DNA from: an uncultured Gammaproteobacteria bacterium
GTDB lineage: Bacteria > Pseudomonadota > Gammaproteobacteria > Steroidobacterales > Steroidobacteraceae
NCBI GenBank assembly: GCA_963746545.1
Contig: CAVVBV010000029.1
Span: forward strand, 210,163-274,162
Reading direction: 5' to 3'
Length of the DNA stretch: 64,000 bases
Shown here one piece after another: positions 56,593 to 64,000 of this stretch. The translations under genes and the position numbers were made by a program. Numbering within the stretch: position 1 is the first letter of the stretch; every line of letters begins with the position of its first letter. The notes beneath the pieces were generated by a model. That model worked only from the letters and a program-made list of their open reading frames with translations. It had not been told where the DNA came from and ran no database searches.

Positions 56593-56856
56593 ATGCACGA
56601 CGAGCTGACCACGCTGCCCGGTGTCGGGCCCGCCATCGCGGCGGATCTCCGGCACCTCGGCATTCACTCCATCCGGGAACTCGCAGAAGCAAACCCGGAA
56701 CAGCTCTACGCCCGACTCCGCAATATCACAGGCCACGAACAGGAACCCTGCCTGCTCTATACGTTCCGCTGCGCGACCTATGCCGCGCGGACGCCGGAGC
56801 CGCAGCAGGAACTCCTGAAGTGGTGGAACTGGAAAGACCGCCGACTCGAAGACTGA
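56593..56856 (+). CDS. Small helix-hairpin-helix DNA-binding-like protein (Cdd1/TfoX-C-like)
   Basis: 87 aa from ATG 56593, preceded by GTAGGAGGA. LTTLPGVGPAIAADLRHLGIHSIRELA is a helix-hairpin-helix motif. Confidence 0.55.
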   Translation: MHDELTTLPGVGPAIAADLRHLGIHSIRELAEANPEQLYARLRNITGHEQEPCLLYTFRCATYAARTPEPQQELLKWWNWKDRRLED

Positions 56857-56915
56857 CGCTCTGACAGCGAGCAATGCCGCATGACGCGGTCAACAAAGAC
56901 CGCGCGCACGGTCGC

Positions 56916-57341
56916 TCACGTGCCATCCACGAGGCCGCCGCTGATCGCCCGCTCCTGATTCTGGAAAATCGCCATCGCCGTGCGCATCCGCAGGAAGCCG
57001 AGCTTCCGGTAGAAACCTTCCTTCCCGGGATTGGCGTACAGAATGATCTTCCGGTGGCCCGCGGACATTTCCTTCAGCTTGACGATGATGGCCTTGCCGA
57101 TGCCGCGGCCCTGGTAACCGGGATGCACCGCGACGTCGCACAGGTAGGAGCAGTCGATCCCATCCGCCAGGGCTCGTCCCGCCGCGATCAATTCGCTGCC
57201 GTCGAAAACGAAGCACTTGTACCGGCTGTTGGAAAACGCGAGCTTCAGTTCTTCCGGCTTCTTGTCCCCCAGCGGCGCGATCTGGTAAAGCCGGCAGAGT
57301 TCGTTCCAATCGATGGATCCCTGATCGAACAACCACTGCAT
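56916..57341 (-). CDS. GNAT-family N-acetyltransferase
   Basis: 141 aa. VAVHPGYQGRGIGKAII acetyl-CoA-binding motif (Q/R-x-x-G-x-G/A). Confidence 0.8.
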   Translation of the reverse strand: MQWLFDQGSIDWNELCRLYQIAPLGDKKPEELKLAFSNSRYKCFVFDGSELIAAGRALADGIDCSYLCDVAVHPGYQGRGIGKAIIVKLKEMSAGHRKIILYANPGKEGFYRKLGFLRMRTAMAIFQNQERAISGGLVDGT

Positions 57342-57428
57342 CGGCGCATTGCTCCCAATTCATGATACCCGGCACAAAACGGCCTTTCGCGTCGAAGGAT
57401 TTACCGCCGCCGGGCGTCCAAATGAGTA

Positions 57429-58058
57429 ATGGCTGACATGGTTCATGTCGACCGCGCCCTGGCGCGCCGGATCCTGGCGGGCGACGAGGCCGCGTTCCAG
57501 GACCTGTTCGACCGCTTCTTCCCGCGCCTCTACCGCTTTGCGCTGGTGCGGCTCGACAGGGACGCGGAGGGCGCGCGCGACGCCGTGCAGCAGACGTTCT
57601 GCAATGCGATCGAGCGCCTCGACAGCTATCGTGGGGAAGCGGCTCTTTACACCTGGTTCTGCCAGATCTGCCGCAACGTGATCGCCGATCATTATCGCAG
57701 GAAACAACGCAGCGCCTTGCGCGTCGTGCTGCTGGAAGACCAGCCGAACGTGCGCGCGATCCTCGAGTCGCTCGCGGCGCCGGAGGGAGACGAACCGGAG
57801 ATGGGCGTGTGGCGGCAGCAGCTGCACCGTGTCGTCGAGGCGACGCTCGACGCACTGCCGGGGCATTACGGCGAAGTGCTCGAGTGGAAATACCTGGACG
57901 GGCACTCGGTGCAGGAGATTGGCAGCCGCCTGAACCTCGGCCCGAAGGCGGCGGAATCGCTGCTGACGAGGGCTCGCGTGGCATTTCGCGACGCGATCGC
58001 GGATCTCGCGGGAGCGTCCGATGAACTGACCGGCCCGCTGGGCCGCAGCCCGGGATAG
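57429..58058 (+). CDS. ECF sigma factor (FecI-like)
   Basis: 209 aa. Regions 2 and 4 are recognisable. Followed by FecR-like and TonB-dependent receptor genes. Confidence 0.85.
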   Translation: MADMVHVDRALARRILAGDEAAFQDLFDRFFPRLYRFALVRLDRDAEGARDAVQQTFCNAIERLDSYRGEAALYTWFCQICRNVIADHYRRKQRSALRVVLLEDQPNVRAILESLAAPEGDEPEMGVWRQQLHRVVEATLDALPGHYGEVLEWKYLDGHSVQEIGSRLNLGPKAAESLLTRARVAFRDAIADLAGASDELTGPLGRSPG

Positions 58059-58062
58059 GAAT

Positions 58063-59058
58063 ATGGAACAGGAATCGCAGGATCATCGGGACAACAGCGA
58101 CCTGGTCGCGTCGCTGATACGCGCGGCGGGCAAGCGCGCGGAGCCGCCGCAGCAGGCCTATCAGCAGGTGCTCGCCGCTGCGACCGAGGCGTTTCGCAGC
58201 AAGACGGCAAAACGCCACGAACGGACCTGGCTGCTGTGGGCCGGCGCCGCGGGCATCATGGTGTTCGCGATTGGCCTGATGCTGCAGTGGAAGCCGCCGG
58301 TCGCGCAGCGCGACCCGATCGCGCACATCGAGCGCGTCATCGGCTCCGTCGAACAGGCGACCGGCGATATCTGGAGTCCGCTCGGCCACGCGACGGTCGC
58401 ATTCACCCGCGGCACGAAGATCCGCACGCTGGCCGGCGGAATGGCCGGCCTGACGCTCGAGGGCGGCACGTCGCTCCGGCTCGCGGCGGACACCGAGATC
58501 ATGCTCGACACGCCGCCACAGCTGTATCTGCAGCGCGGCACGATCTATCTCGATCATTCCGGCCGCGCCGAAACCGGATACCGGATCGAGACGCCCGCGG
58601 GCACGGCGCGCGACGTCGGCACGCAGTTCGAACTGAAGGTCGCGGGCAAGGCCCTGCGCCTGCGCGTGCGCGAAGGCCGCGTGGAAATCGACCGGGCCGG
58701 CCAACTGCTGTCAGGTGCAGCCGGCGAGCAGCTCGAACTCGACCAGCAGGGCGCGGCCACACGTTCATCGATCGCGGCCGCGGATGCGGCCTGGCAGTGG
58801 GCCGAGGCGGTTGCCCCGGCTCCGGACGTGGATGGCCGGCCGGCGAGCGTGCTGCTCGCCTGGGTCGCGCGTGAAACCGGGCGGCAACTGCACTACGAGT
58901 CCACGACGGTCGAAGCGCGCGCGACGAACGTGATCCTGCACGGCAACATCCAGCATCTCGCGCCGCTTGCGGCGCTCGACGTGATGCTCGCGACCACCGA
59001 CCTCGAATACACGCTGGTCGGCGATACAATGGAGGTCCGCATCCGCACCGGGTTGTAA
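58063..59058 (+). CDS. FecR-family transmembrane anti-sigma/sensor protein
   Basis: 331 aa. Cytoplasmic N-terminus, one TM (WLLWAGAAGIMVFAIGLML) and a periplasmic FecR-like beta-rich domain. Confidence 0.8.
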   Translation: MEQESQDHRDNSDLVASLIRAAGKRAEPPQQAYQQVLAAATEAFRSKTAKRHERTWLLWAGAAGIMVFAIGLMLQWKPPVAQRDPIAHIERVIGSVEQATGDIWSPLGHATVAFTRGTKIRTLAGGMAGLTLEGGTSLRLAADTEIMLDTPPQLYLQRGTIYLDHSGRAETGYRIETPAGTARDVGTQFELKVAGKALRLRVREGRVEIDRAGQLLSGAAGEQLELDQQGAATRSSIAAADAAWQWAEAVAPAPDVDGRPASVLLAWVARETGRQLHYESTTVEARATNVILHGNIQHLAPLAALDVMLATTDLEYTLVGDTMEVRIRTGL

Positions 59059-59066
59059 CCACGGTC

Positions 59067-61355
59067 GTGAAAAGATTGGCGCTGCTGCTGGCCTGCCTGC
59101 CGGGCGTCGCTGCAGCCGCGGCATACCAGGGACTGACGGTCGAGCAGGTGCTCGAGCAATTGCGCGGTCGCGGCGTTGCGCTCTTCTACAGCAGCGACCT
59201 CGTGAAGCCCTGGATGCGAGTCGAACATGAGCCTGCGGCCACCGAGCCGCGCGCGCTCCTCACAGAAATCCTGGCGCCGCACGGTATCAGCGTGACCGAT
59301 GGACCCGACGGCACCCTGCTGTTGGTGCGCGAGGCCCAGCACGCGCCGCGGCGCGCGGCGCCCGGCGCGCCGCAGAGCCCGGCGCCGACGCCGCTCGATA
59401 CGGTCGTGGTCAGCGCAAGCACCTACCTGTTCGGCGGCGCTGCACCGCTGTCATCGGCGGTATTCAGCACCAAGGAACTCGAGGCGCTTCCCGAGATCGG
59501 CGAGGACCCGGTGCGCGCCGTGTCGCGGCTGCCGGGCGTCGCACGCGAGGATTTCTCCAGCCGCGTCCACCTGCGCGGCGGCAGCGACCAGGAAACGCTG
59601 GTGCGCTTCGACGACCTGCGACTCTACGACCCGTTCCACTTCAAGGATTTCTACGGCATCTTCAGCGCGATCGATCCGGCGATCGTCAGCGACATCCGCG
59701 TCTACACCGGCGGCTTCCCCGTGACCTTCGGCGATCGCAGCAGCGGGGTCATCGAGATCGCGCCGCGCCTCGCGGCGCAGAAGTTCCAGGGAGAGGCCGT
59801 GCTGTCGCTGTTCACGACCGGCGTCTCCATGAACGGCGCCTACGGCGGAGGCGACGGCGACTGGGCACTCGCCGCGCGGCGCAGCAACCTGGGCGAGTTC
59901 TTCAGCCTGACGAACCAGTCGTTCGGCCAGCCGGACTACCACGATTTCTTTGCGCACGCCGGCCGGCGCATCAATGAGAACTTCGCGATTTCGGCAAACG
60001 TCCTCTCCTTCGTGGACCAGATCGTGGCCTCCGATACCGACCAGGAGGAACGCGCCCGCGCCGAATATCGCGACGACTATTACTGGCTGCGCATGGACCT
60101 CGGCGCGTCCGACGGCTTCGGCGGGCGCGTGCTCGTCTCGCGCACCGAGCTCGGCAGCGACCGCGCGGGCAGCACGGATCTTCCCGGCATCGCGACCGGC
60201 TCGCTCGTGGATGAGCGCGATTTCGTCATCAACTCGATCCAGGCCGATGGCTGGTGGCGGCCCGGCGCGCGCTCGGTGCTGCAGGCGGGCGCGGAGTGGC
60301 GGCAGATGGATGGCGATTACCGCTACTCGGACGACGTCGACTTCGCGCTCCTGTTCCTGACACCGGGCGCGCCGACGACAGCGTCGCGGTCGCGCTCGAT
60401 CCGGGTGCGGCCGTCCGGTCACCAGTCCGGTGCCTACGTGAACTGGCGCTTCGAACCGGCCGCGACGGTGACCACCGATCTCGGCCTGCGCTGGGACAGC
60501 GAGTCGCTCGCTCCAGAGGACGGATCGCATACGAGCCCGCGCGCGGTGCTGATGTGGCGCCCCCGCGATGACACGCGGCTGCGTCTTTCCTGGGGCCGCT
60601 ATTTCCAGGCCCAGGGCATCAACGAACTGCATGTGTCGGACGGCGAGCAAATCTACTCTCCGTCGCAACGGGCGACGCACCTGGTCGCGAGCATCGAGCA
60701 CGACCTGACGCCGGCATTGAAATTGCGTGCGGAGGCCTATCGAAAGCAATACCAGGACCCGCTGCCCCGCTACGAGCTCCTGATGAACACGCTGATCGTG
60801 CTGCCGGAGCTGAAGCCCGACCGCATCCGGATCGCGCCGGACTCCGCGCAAGCGGAAGGCGCGGAGCTATCGCTGAATTACGACGCCGGCGCGTTCTCCG
60901 GCTGGCTCAGCTTCAGCGCATCGCAGGTGTACGACCGCGTGGATGGCGAGCGGATTCGGCGGCGCTGGGACCAGCACGATTACGTGAGCGGCGGCCTCAG
61001 CTGGCGCGGCGCGAGCTGGGATGCATCCATGGCCGCCACCTGGCATACGGGCTGGCGCACGACCAGGCTCGAACTCGCGACGCTCGATCCGTTTCCGCTG
61101 GTGACGGTCGGCAAGCGCAATGCGCTGAAGCTCTCCGACTTCGCGAGCATCGACCTGCGCGTCGCGCGCCGCTTCGACCTCGGATCGGCCGGCGAACTGA
61201 CGGCATTCCTCGAGATCAACAACCTGACCCAGCAACGCAACCAGTGCTGCGTCGAATACCAGATCGAGAGCGAGTTCGACCCCGATGTCCTCGACGTGCA
61301 GGTCCAGCAGTCCCTGCCGCTGATTCCCTCAGTCGGCTTTCTCTGGAAGTTCTGA
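59067..61355 (+). CDS. TonB-dependent receptor with N-terminal signalling (STN) extension
   Basis: 762 aa. Signal peptide, an STN-like segment (LTVEQVLEQLRGRGVALFYSSDLV), a plug (TonB-box region, ...HLRGG...), a beta-barrel, and a terminal aromatic residue ...FLWKF. Confidence 0.85.
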   Translation: MKRLALLLACLPGVAAAAAYQGLTVEQVLEQLRGRGVALFYSSDLVKPWMRVEHEPAATEPRALLTEILAPHGISVTDGPDGTLLLVREAQHAPRRAAPGAPQSPAPTPLDTVVVSASTYLFGGAAPLSSAVFSTKELEALPEIGEDPVRAVSRLPGVAREDFSSRVHLRGGSDQETLVRFDDLRLYDPFHFKDFYGIFSAIDPAIVSDIRVYTGGFPVTFGDRSSGVIEIAPRLAAQKFQGEAVLSLFTTGVSMNGAYGGGDGDWALAARRSNLGEFFSLTNQSFGQPDYHDFFAHAGRRINENFAISANVLSFVDQIVASDTDQEERARAEYRDDYYWLRMDLGASDGFGGRVLVSRTELGSDRAGSTDLPGIATGSLVDERDFVINSIQADGWWRPGARSVLQAGAEWRQMDGDYRYSDDVDFALLFLTPGAPTTASRSRSIRVRPSGHQSGAYVNWRFEPAATVTTDLGLRWDSESLAPEDGSHTSPRAVLMWRPRDDTRLRLSWGRYFQAQGINELHVSDGEQIYSPSQRATHLVASIEHDLTPALKLRAEAYRKQYQDPLPRYELLMNTLIVLPELKPDRIRIAPDSAQAEGAELSLNYDAGAFSGWLSFSASQVYDRVDGERIRRRWDQHDYVSGGLSWRGASWDASMAATWHTGWRTTRLELATLDPFPLVTVGKRNALKLSDFASIDLRVARRFDLGSAGELTAFLEINNLTQQRNQCCVEYQIESEFDPDVLDVQVQQSLPLIPSVGFLWKF

Positions 61356-61360
61356 GAGGA

Positions 61361-61858
61361 TCAGGTGGCCGGTTCGGCTGCCGGCGCTGCGGCCGCAGCC
61401 GGTGCCTTGTCCGAGTTCCAGATGTCGCGAACGATCAGCCACTTCCCGTCCATCTTCTGCACGGCTTCCATGTAGCTGCCGCCGTCGACCTGCGCGCCCG
61501 AGGCGTCGCTGACGGAATAGGGCCCCGAGTGCCAGGCGACGTCGCCCGAGATGCCGACGCTGTCCCCGTGTTCGATGGTCAGCGTCACACCCGCCGCCTT
61601 GGCGGCAGCGCTGTCGCCGGCGATGTATTCGCGGATCGCGGCGCGGCCGTACACCGGCTCGTGGCCCGGCGGCATGACCGCGGCGTCTTCCGCATAGAGC
61701 TTCGCTACGCCGTCCGCGTCGCCGGCGTTGTAGGCCACGGCCCACGCCCTGGTTGCGTCCTGGATTTCAGTCTTGTCCGCGTCGGTATTCTTCGGCGCCT
61801 GCTGGCAGCCCGCTACGACAAGCAGCCCGGTCGCAATGACTGCAGCGATCATTTTCAT
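61361..61858 (-). CDS. DUF4440/SnoaL-like (NTF2-fold) lipoprotein
   Basis: 165 aa from MKMIAAVIATGLLVVAGC (lipobox). ...WAVAYNAGDADGVAKLYAEDAAVMPPG... and a C-terminal Ala/Pro-rich tail. Confidence 0.65.
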   Translation of the reverse strand: MKMIAAVIATGLLVVAGCQQAPKNTDADKTEIQDATRAWAVAYNAGDADGVAKLYAEDAAVMPPGHEPVYGRAAIREYIAGDSAAAKAAGVTLTIEHGDSVGISGDVAWHSGPYSVSDASGAQVDGGSYMEAVQKMDGKWLIVRDIWNSDKAPAAAAAPAAEPAT

Positions 61859-61877
61859 GTTCACGATTCCCCCCAGG

Positions 61878-61901
61878 AAAGGCCCCCGCGAGGGGGCCTT
61901 T
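61878..61901. terminator. Palindromic GC hairpin between the two DUF4440-like genes
   Basis: AAAGGCCCCC, loop GCGA, then GGGGGCCTTT. A short T-run follows on the minus strand. Confidence 0.4.
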
Positions 61902-61924
61902 GTCTGCATCCGGAAAACGGGCAA

Positions 61925-62437
61925 TCAGGTCGCGGGAGCGGCGGCGGCATCCGCTGCCGGAGCAGCCGCGGGCGCGGGCGCGCGGTCGGAGTTCCAGGTG
62001 TCGCGGACCACCAGCCACTTGCCGTCGATGTTCTGCAGCACCTCCAGGTAGCTGCCGCTGTCGACCGCATTGCCATTCGCGTCGCTGACCGTGTACGCGC
62101 CGGAATGCCAGGCGAGATCCCCGGAAACACCCGCTTCATCGCCGTCGCTGATGGCGAGCGTAACGCCCGCGGCCTTCGCGCCGGCGCTGTCTTTCGTCAG
62201 GAACTCGCGAATCGCGTCATGACCCGCGGCGGCCGCTGCGCCCGGCGGCATGATGACCGCATTGTCCGAGTACTTCGCAACGATCGATTCGACGTCGCCG
62301 GCGTTGTAGGCGGTGGCCCAGTCGCGGGAGCCCCGCTTGGCCTCATCGGCAACCGCTTTCGTGTCCACCGACTTCTGGCAACCGGCGAGCGCGACCAAGC
62401 CCACTGCAATGAGTGCAGCTGTTTTCAGGATGTTCAC
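61925..62437 (-). CDS. DUF4440/SnoaL-like (NTF2-fold) lipoprotein, paralogue of 61361..61858
   Basis: 170 aa from GTG 62437, preceded by AAAGGGGAAAC. Lipobox LVALAGC. It aligns along its full length with the downstream paralogue, including the Ala/Pro tail. Confidence 0.65.
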   Translation of the reverse strand: MNILKTAALIAVGLVALAGCQKSVDTKAVADEAKRGSRDWATAYNAGDVESIVAKYSDNAVIMPPGAAAAAGHDAIREFLTKDSAGAKAAGVTLAISDGDEAGVSGDLAWHSGAYTVSDANGNAVDSGSYLEVLQNIDGKWLVVRDTWNSDRAPAPAAAPAADAAAAPAT

Positions 62438-62513
62438 TGTTTCCCCTTTATCTGATCTTTGGCCGCTGATTTTCGCGGTCGTGTAACATTCTACTCCCTT
62501 CGCGGGGGGATCC

Positions 62514-63854
62514 ATGCGCGACCTGACCCAGGGCCCGATCACGGGCAATCTCGTGCAGATGGCCGTGCCGATCGCGGTCGGCATGCTGGCGCAGACGCTC
62601 TATTTCCTGGTGGACCTCTATTTCGTCGCGCAGCTCGGCGATGCGGCGATCGCGGGCGTCAGCGCCGCGGGTCTCGCGATGTTCATCGTGATGGCACTGA
62701 CCCAGACGCTCGGCGTCGGCACGGCGGCGCTCGTCTCGCAGGCGGTCGGGCGCAAGGACCCGAATGACGCAAATCTCGTCTTCAACCAGTCGCTGGTGCT
62801 CGCCGCGCTCTGCCTCGTGGGCACGCTGGTCGGCGGTTACGCGCTGACCGGCGGCTACATGCGCTCGATCGGCGCGGACGCCGCGACCGCCGATGCGGGC
62901 ATCAGCTATCTCACCTGGTTCCTGCCGGGCCTCGCGCTGCAGTACGTTTCCATCGTGATGATGTCGGCGCTGCGCGGCACGGGCGTCGTGCAGCCGACGA
63001 TGATCGTGCAGATGGTCACGGTGCTGCTGAACGTGGTGCTCGCGCCGGTGCTGATCGCGGGCATCGGCACCGGCCGGCCGCTCGGCGTCGCCGGCGCGGG
63101 CCTCGCGAGCACGATCTCGGTCGCCGCCGGCGTCGTGCTGCTGTCGTTCTATTTCGTGCGCCTCGAGAAATACGTTCACTTCCGCGCCGGCCTGTGGGCG
63201 CCGCGATTCGCGGTGTGGGGCCGCATGCTGAACATCGGGCTGCCGGCCGGCGGCGAGTTCGCGCTGATGTTCGTCTACATGTCGGTGATCTACTGGATCA
63301 TCCGCGACTTCGGCTCGGCGGCGCAGGCGGGATTCGGCGTCGGCTCGCGACTGATGCAGGCGATCTTCCTGCCGGCGATGGCGATCGCCTTCGCGACCGG
63401 GCCGATGGCGGGACAGAACTACGGCGCGAAGCAGTTTGCGCGCGTGCGCGCGACCTTCCGCACCGCGGCGATCCTGAGCAGCGTGCTGATGTTCGCGCTC
63501 ACTCTCGTCTGCCAGTGGAACCCGGGCTGGCTGGTGACGAAGTTCACGAGCGATCCGGAAGTGATCGAGGTCGGCACGCGCTTCCTGCAGGTCATCTCGT
63601 GGAACTTCGTCGCGTCAGGCCTGATCTTCACCTGCTCCGGAATTTTCCAGGGCCTCGGGCACACCTGGCCCGCGCTCGCGAGCACCTCGTCGCGCATCCT
63701 GACCTTCGTGCTGCCGGCGATCTGGCTCTCGACGCTGCCGGGTCTCAAGCTCGATCACATCTGGTACCTGTCGGTGGCGAGCGTCGCGACGCAGGCGATC
63801 CTCAGCCTCGTGCTGCTGCAGCGCGTGATGCGCGCGAAGCTCGACGGAGCCTGA
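62514..63854 (+). CDS. MATE-family multidrug/toxin efflux transporter
   Basis: 446 aa. MRDLTQGPITGNLVQMAVPIAVGMLAQTLYFLVDLYFV is the typical MATE N-terminus. 12 TM helices. Confidence 0.85.
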   Translation: MRDLTQGPITGNLVQMAVPIAVGMLAQTLYFLVDLYFVAQLGDAAIAGVSAAGLAMFIVMALTQTLGVGTAALVSQAVGRKDPNDANLVFNQSLVLAALCLVGTLVGGYALTGGYMRSIGADAATADAGISYLTWFLPGLALQYVSIVMMSALRGTGVVQPTMIVQMVTVLLNVVLAPVLIAGIGTGRPLGVAGAGLASTISVAAGVVLLSFYFVRLEKYVHFRAGLWAPRFAVWGRMLNIGLPAGGEFALMFVYMSVIYWIIRDFGSAAQAGFGVGSRLMQAIFLPAMAIAFATGPMAGQNYGAKQFARVRATFRTAAILSSVLMFALTLVCQWNPGWLVTKFTSDPEVIEVGTRFLQVISWNFVASGLIFTCSGIFQGLGHTWPALASTSSRILTFVLPAIWLSTLPGLKLDHIWYLSVASVATQAILSLVLLQRVMRAKLDGA

Positions 63855-64000
63855 TCAGGTCGCGAGCGCGATCTCGACGCGCTTGTTGCGCTTGCCTTCG
63901 TTCCTGATCCGCGTCACGCGGATGCCGCCGATCTCGGCGATGTTCTTCACGTGCGTGCCGCCGCAGGGCTGCAGGTCGATGCCGGGAATCTTCAGCAGCC
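63855..64000 (-). CDS. Alanyl-tRNA editing (AlaX-like) protein, C-terminal end only (5' end outside window)
   Basis: The reverse frame reads ...LLKIPGIDLQPCGGTHVKNIAEIGGIRVTRIRNEGKRNKRVEIALAT*. The CGGTH zinc motif belongs to the Thr/Ala-tRNA synthetase second additional domain. Confidence 0.6.
   Translation of the reverse strand, partial: LLKIPGIDLQPCGGTHVKNIAEIGGIRVTRIRNEGKRNKRVEIALAT

Noticed and set aside
57429-61355. FecI/FecR/TonB-dependent receptor module as something unusual.
   Set aside because: It is a standard cell-surface signalling cassette, with an ECF sigma, a FecR sensor and a receptor with an STN extension. All three genes are intact and canonically ordered.

Overview
This is a 64-kb window of a high-G+C chromosome (roughly two-thirds G+C by eye), probably beta- or gamma-proteobacterial, densely coding on both strands. 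All calls come from reading the supplied ORF translations and the nucleotide sequence by eye; no database search was run.

Layout:
- 0-14.5 kb is core housekeeping: pilMNOPQ, aroK, aroB, a dGTPase-like gene, pyrF, hemE, fadD, and tesA with a divergent YbbA/YbbP-like ABC pair.
- 14.6-22.2 kb holds a tightly coupled five-gene operon of unassigned chemistry: a methyltransferase-fold protein, an isocitrate/isopropylmalate-dehydrogenase-family enzyme, an isochorismatase-aldehyde dehydrogenase fusion, a Rieske oxygenase and a glycosyltransferase-like protein. A PaaK/F390-synthetase-like adenylating enzyme converges on it.
- 22.8-36.4 kb holds a twice-frameshifted DUF4139 gene and a MOSC gene directly behind a 934-aa alpha/beta-hydrolase / macro-like / CHAT-protease multidomain protein. 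It also holds a 2-aminobenzoyl-CoA (anthranilate) catabolic cluster with four frameshifts in three genes.
- 36.8-37.6 kb is the most striking feature: a roughly 0.8-kb island of almost pure A+T, including a 173-nt run with no G or C. Degenerate tandem copies of the 5' end of the adjacent DoxX-like gene are embedded in it, and truncated or decayed genes flank it on both sides.
- 40-64 kb holds a LuxR-type response regulator, oxyR, an SDR, a rhomboid protease, sixA-ppx/ppk and ggt. It also holds an ECF sigma/anti-sigma pair next to a frameshifted S8 protease and a Gly-rich secreted protein. It ends with a FecI/FecR/TonB-receptor module, two tandem DUF4440-like lipoproteins, a MATE exporter and a partial AlaX-like gene.

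I recognised no rRNA, tRNA, CRISPR array, transposase or integrase. The many long antisense ORFs in the track are treated as high-GC artefacts.
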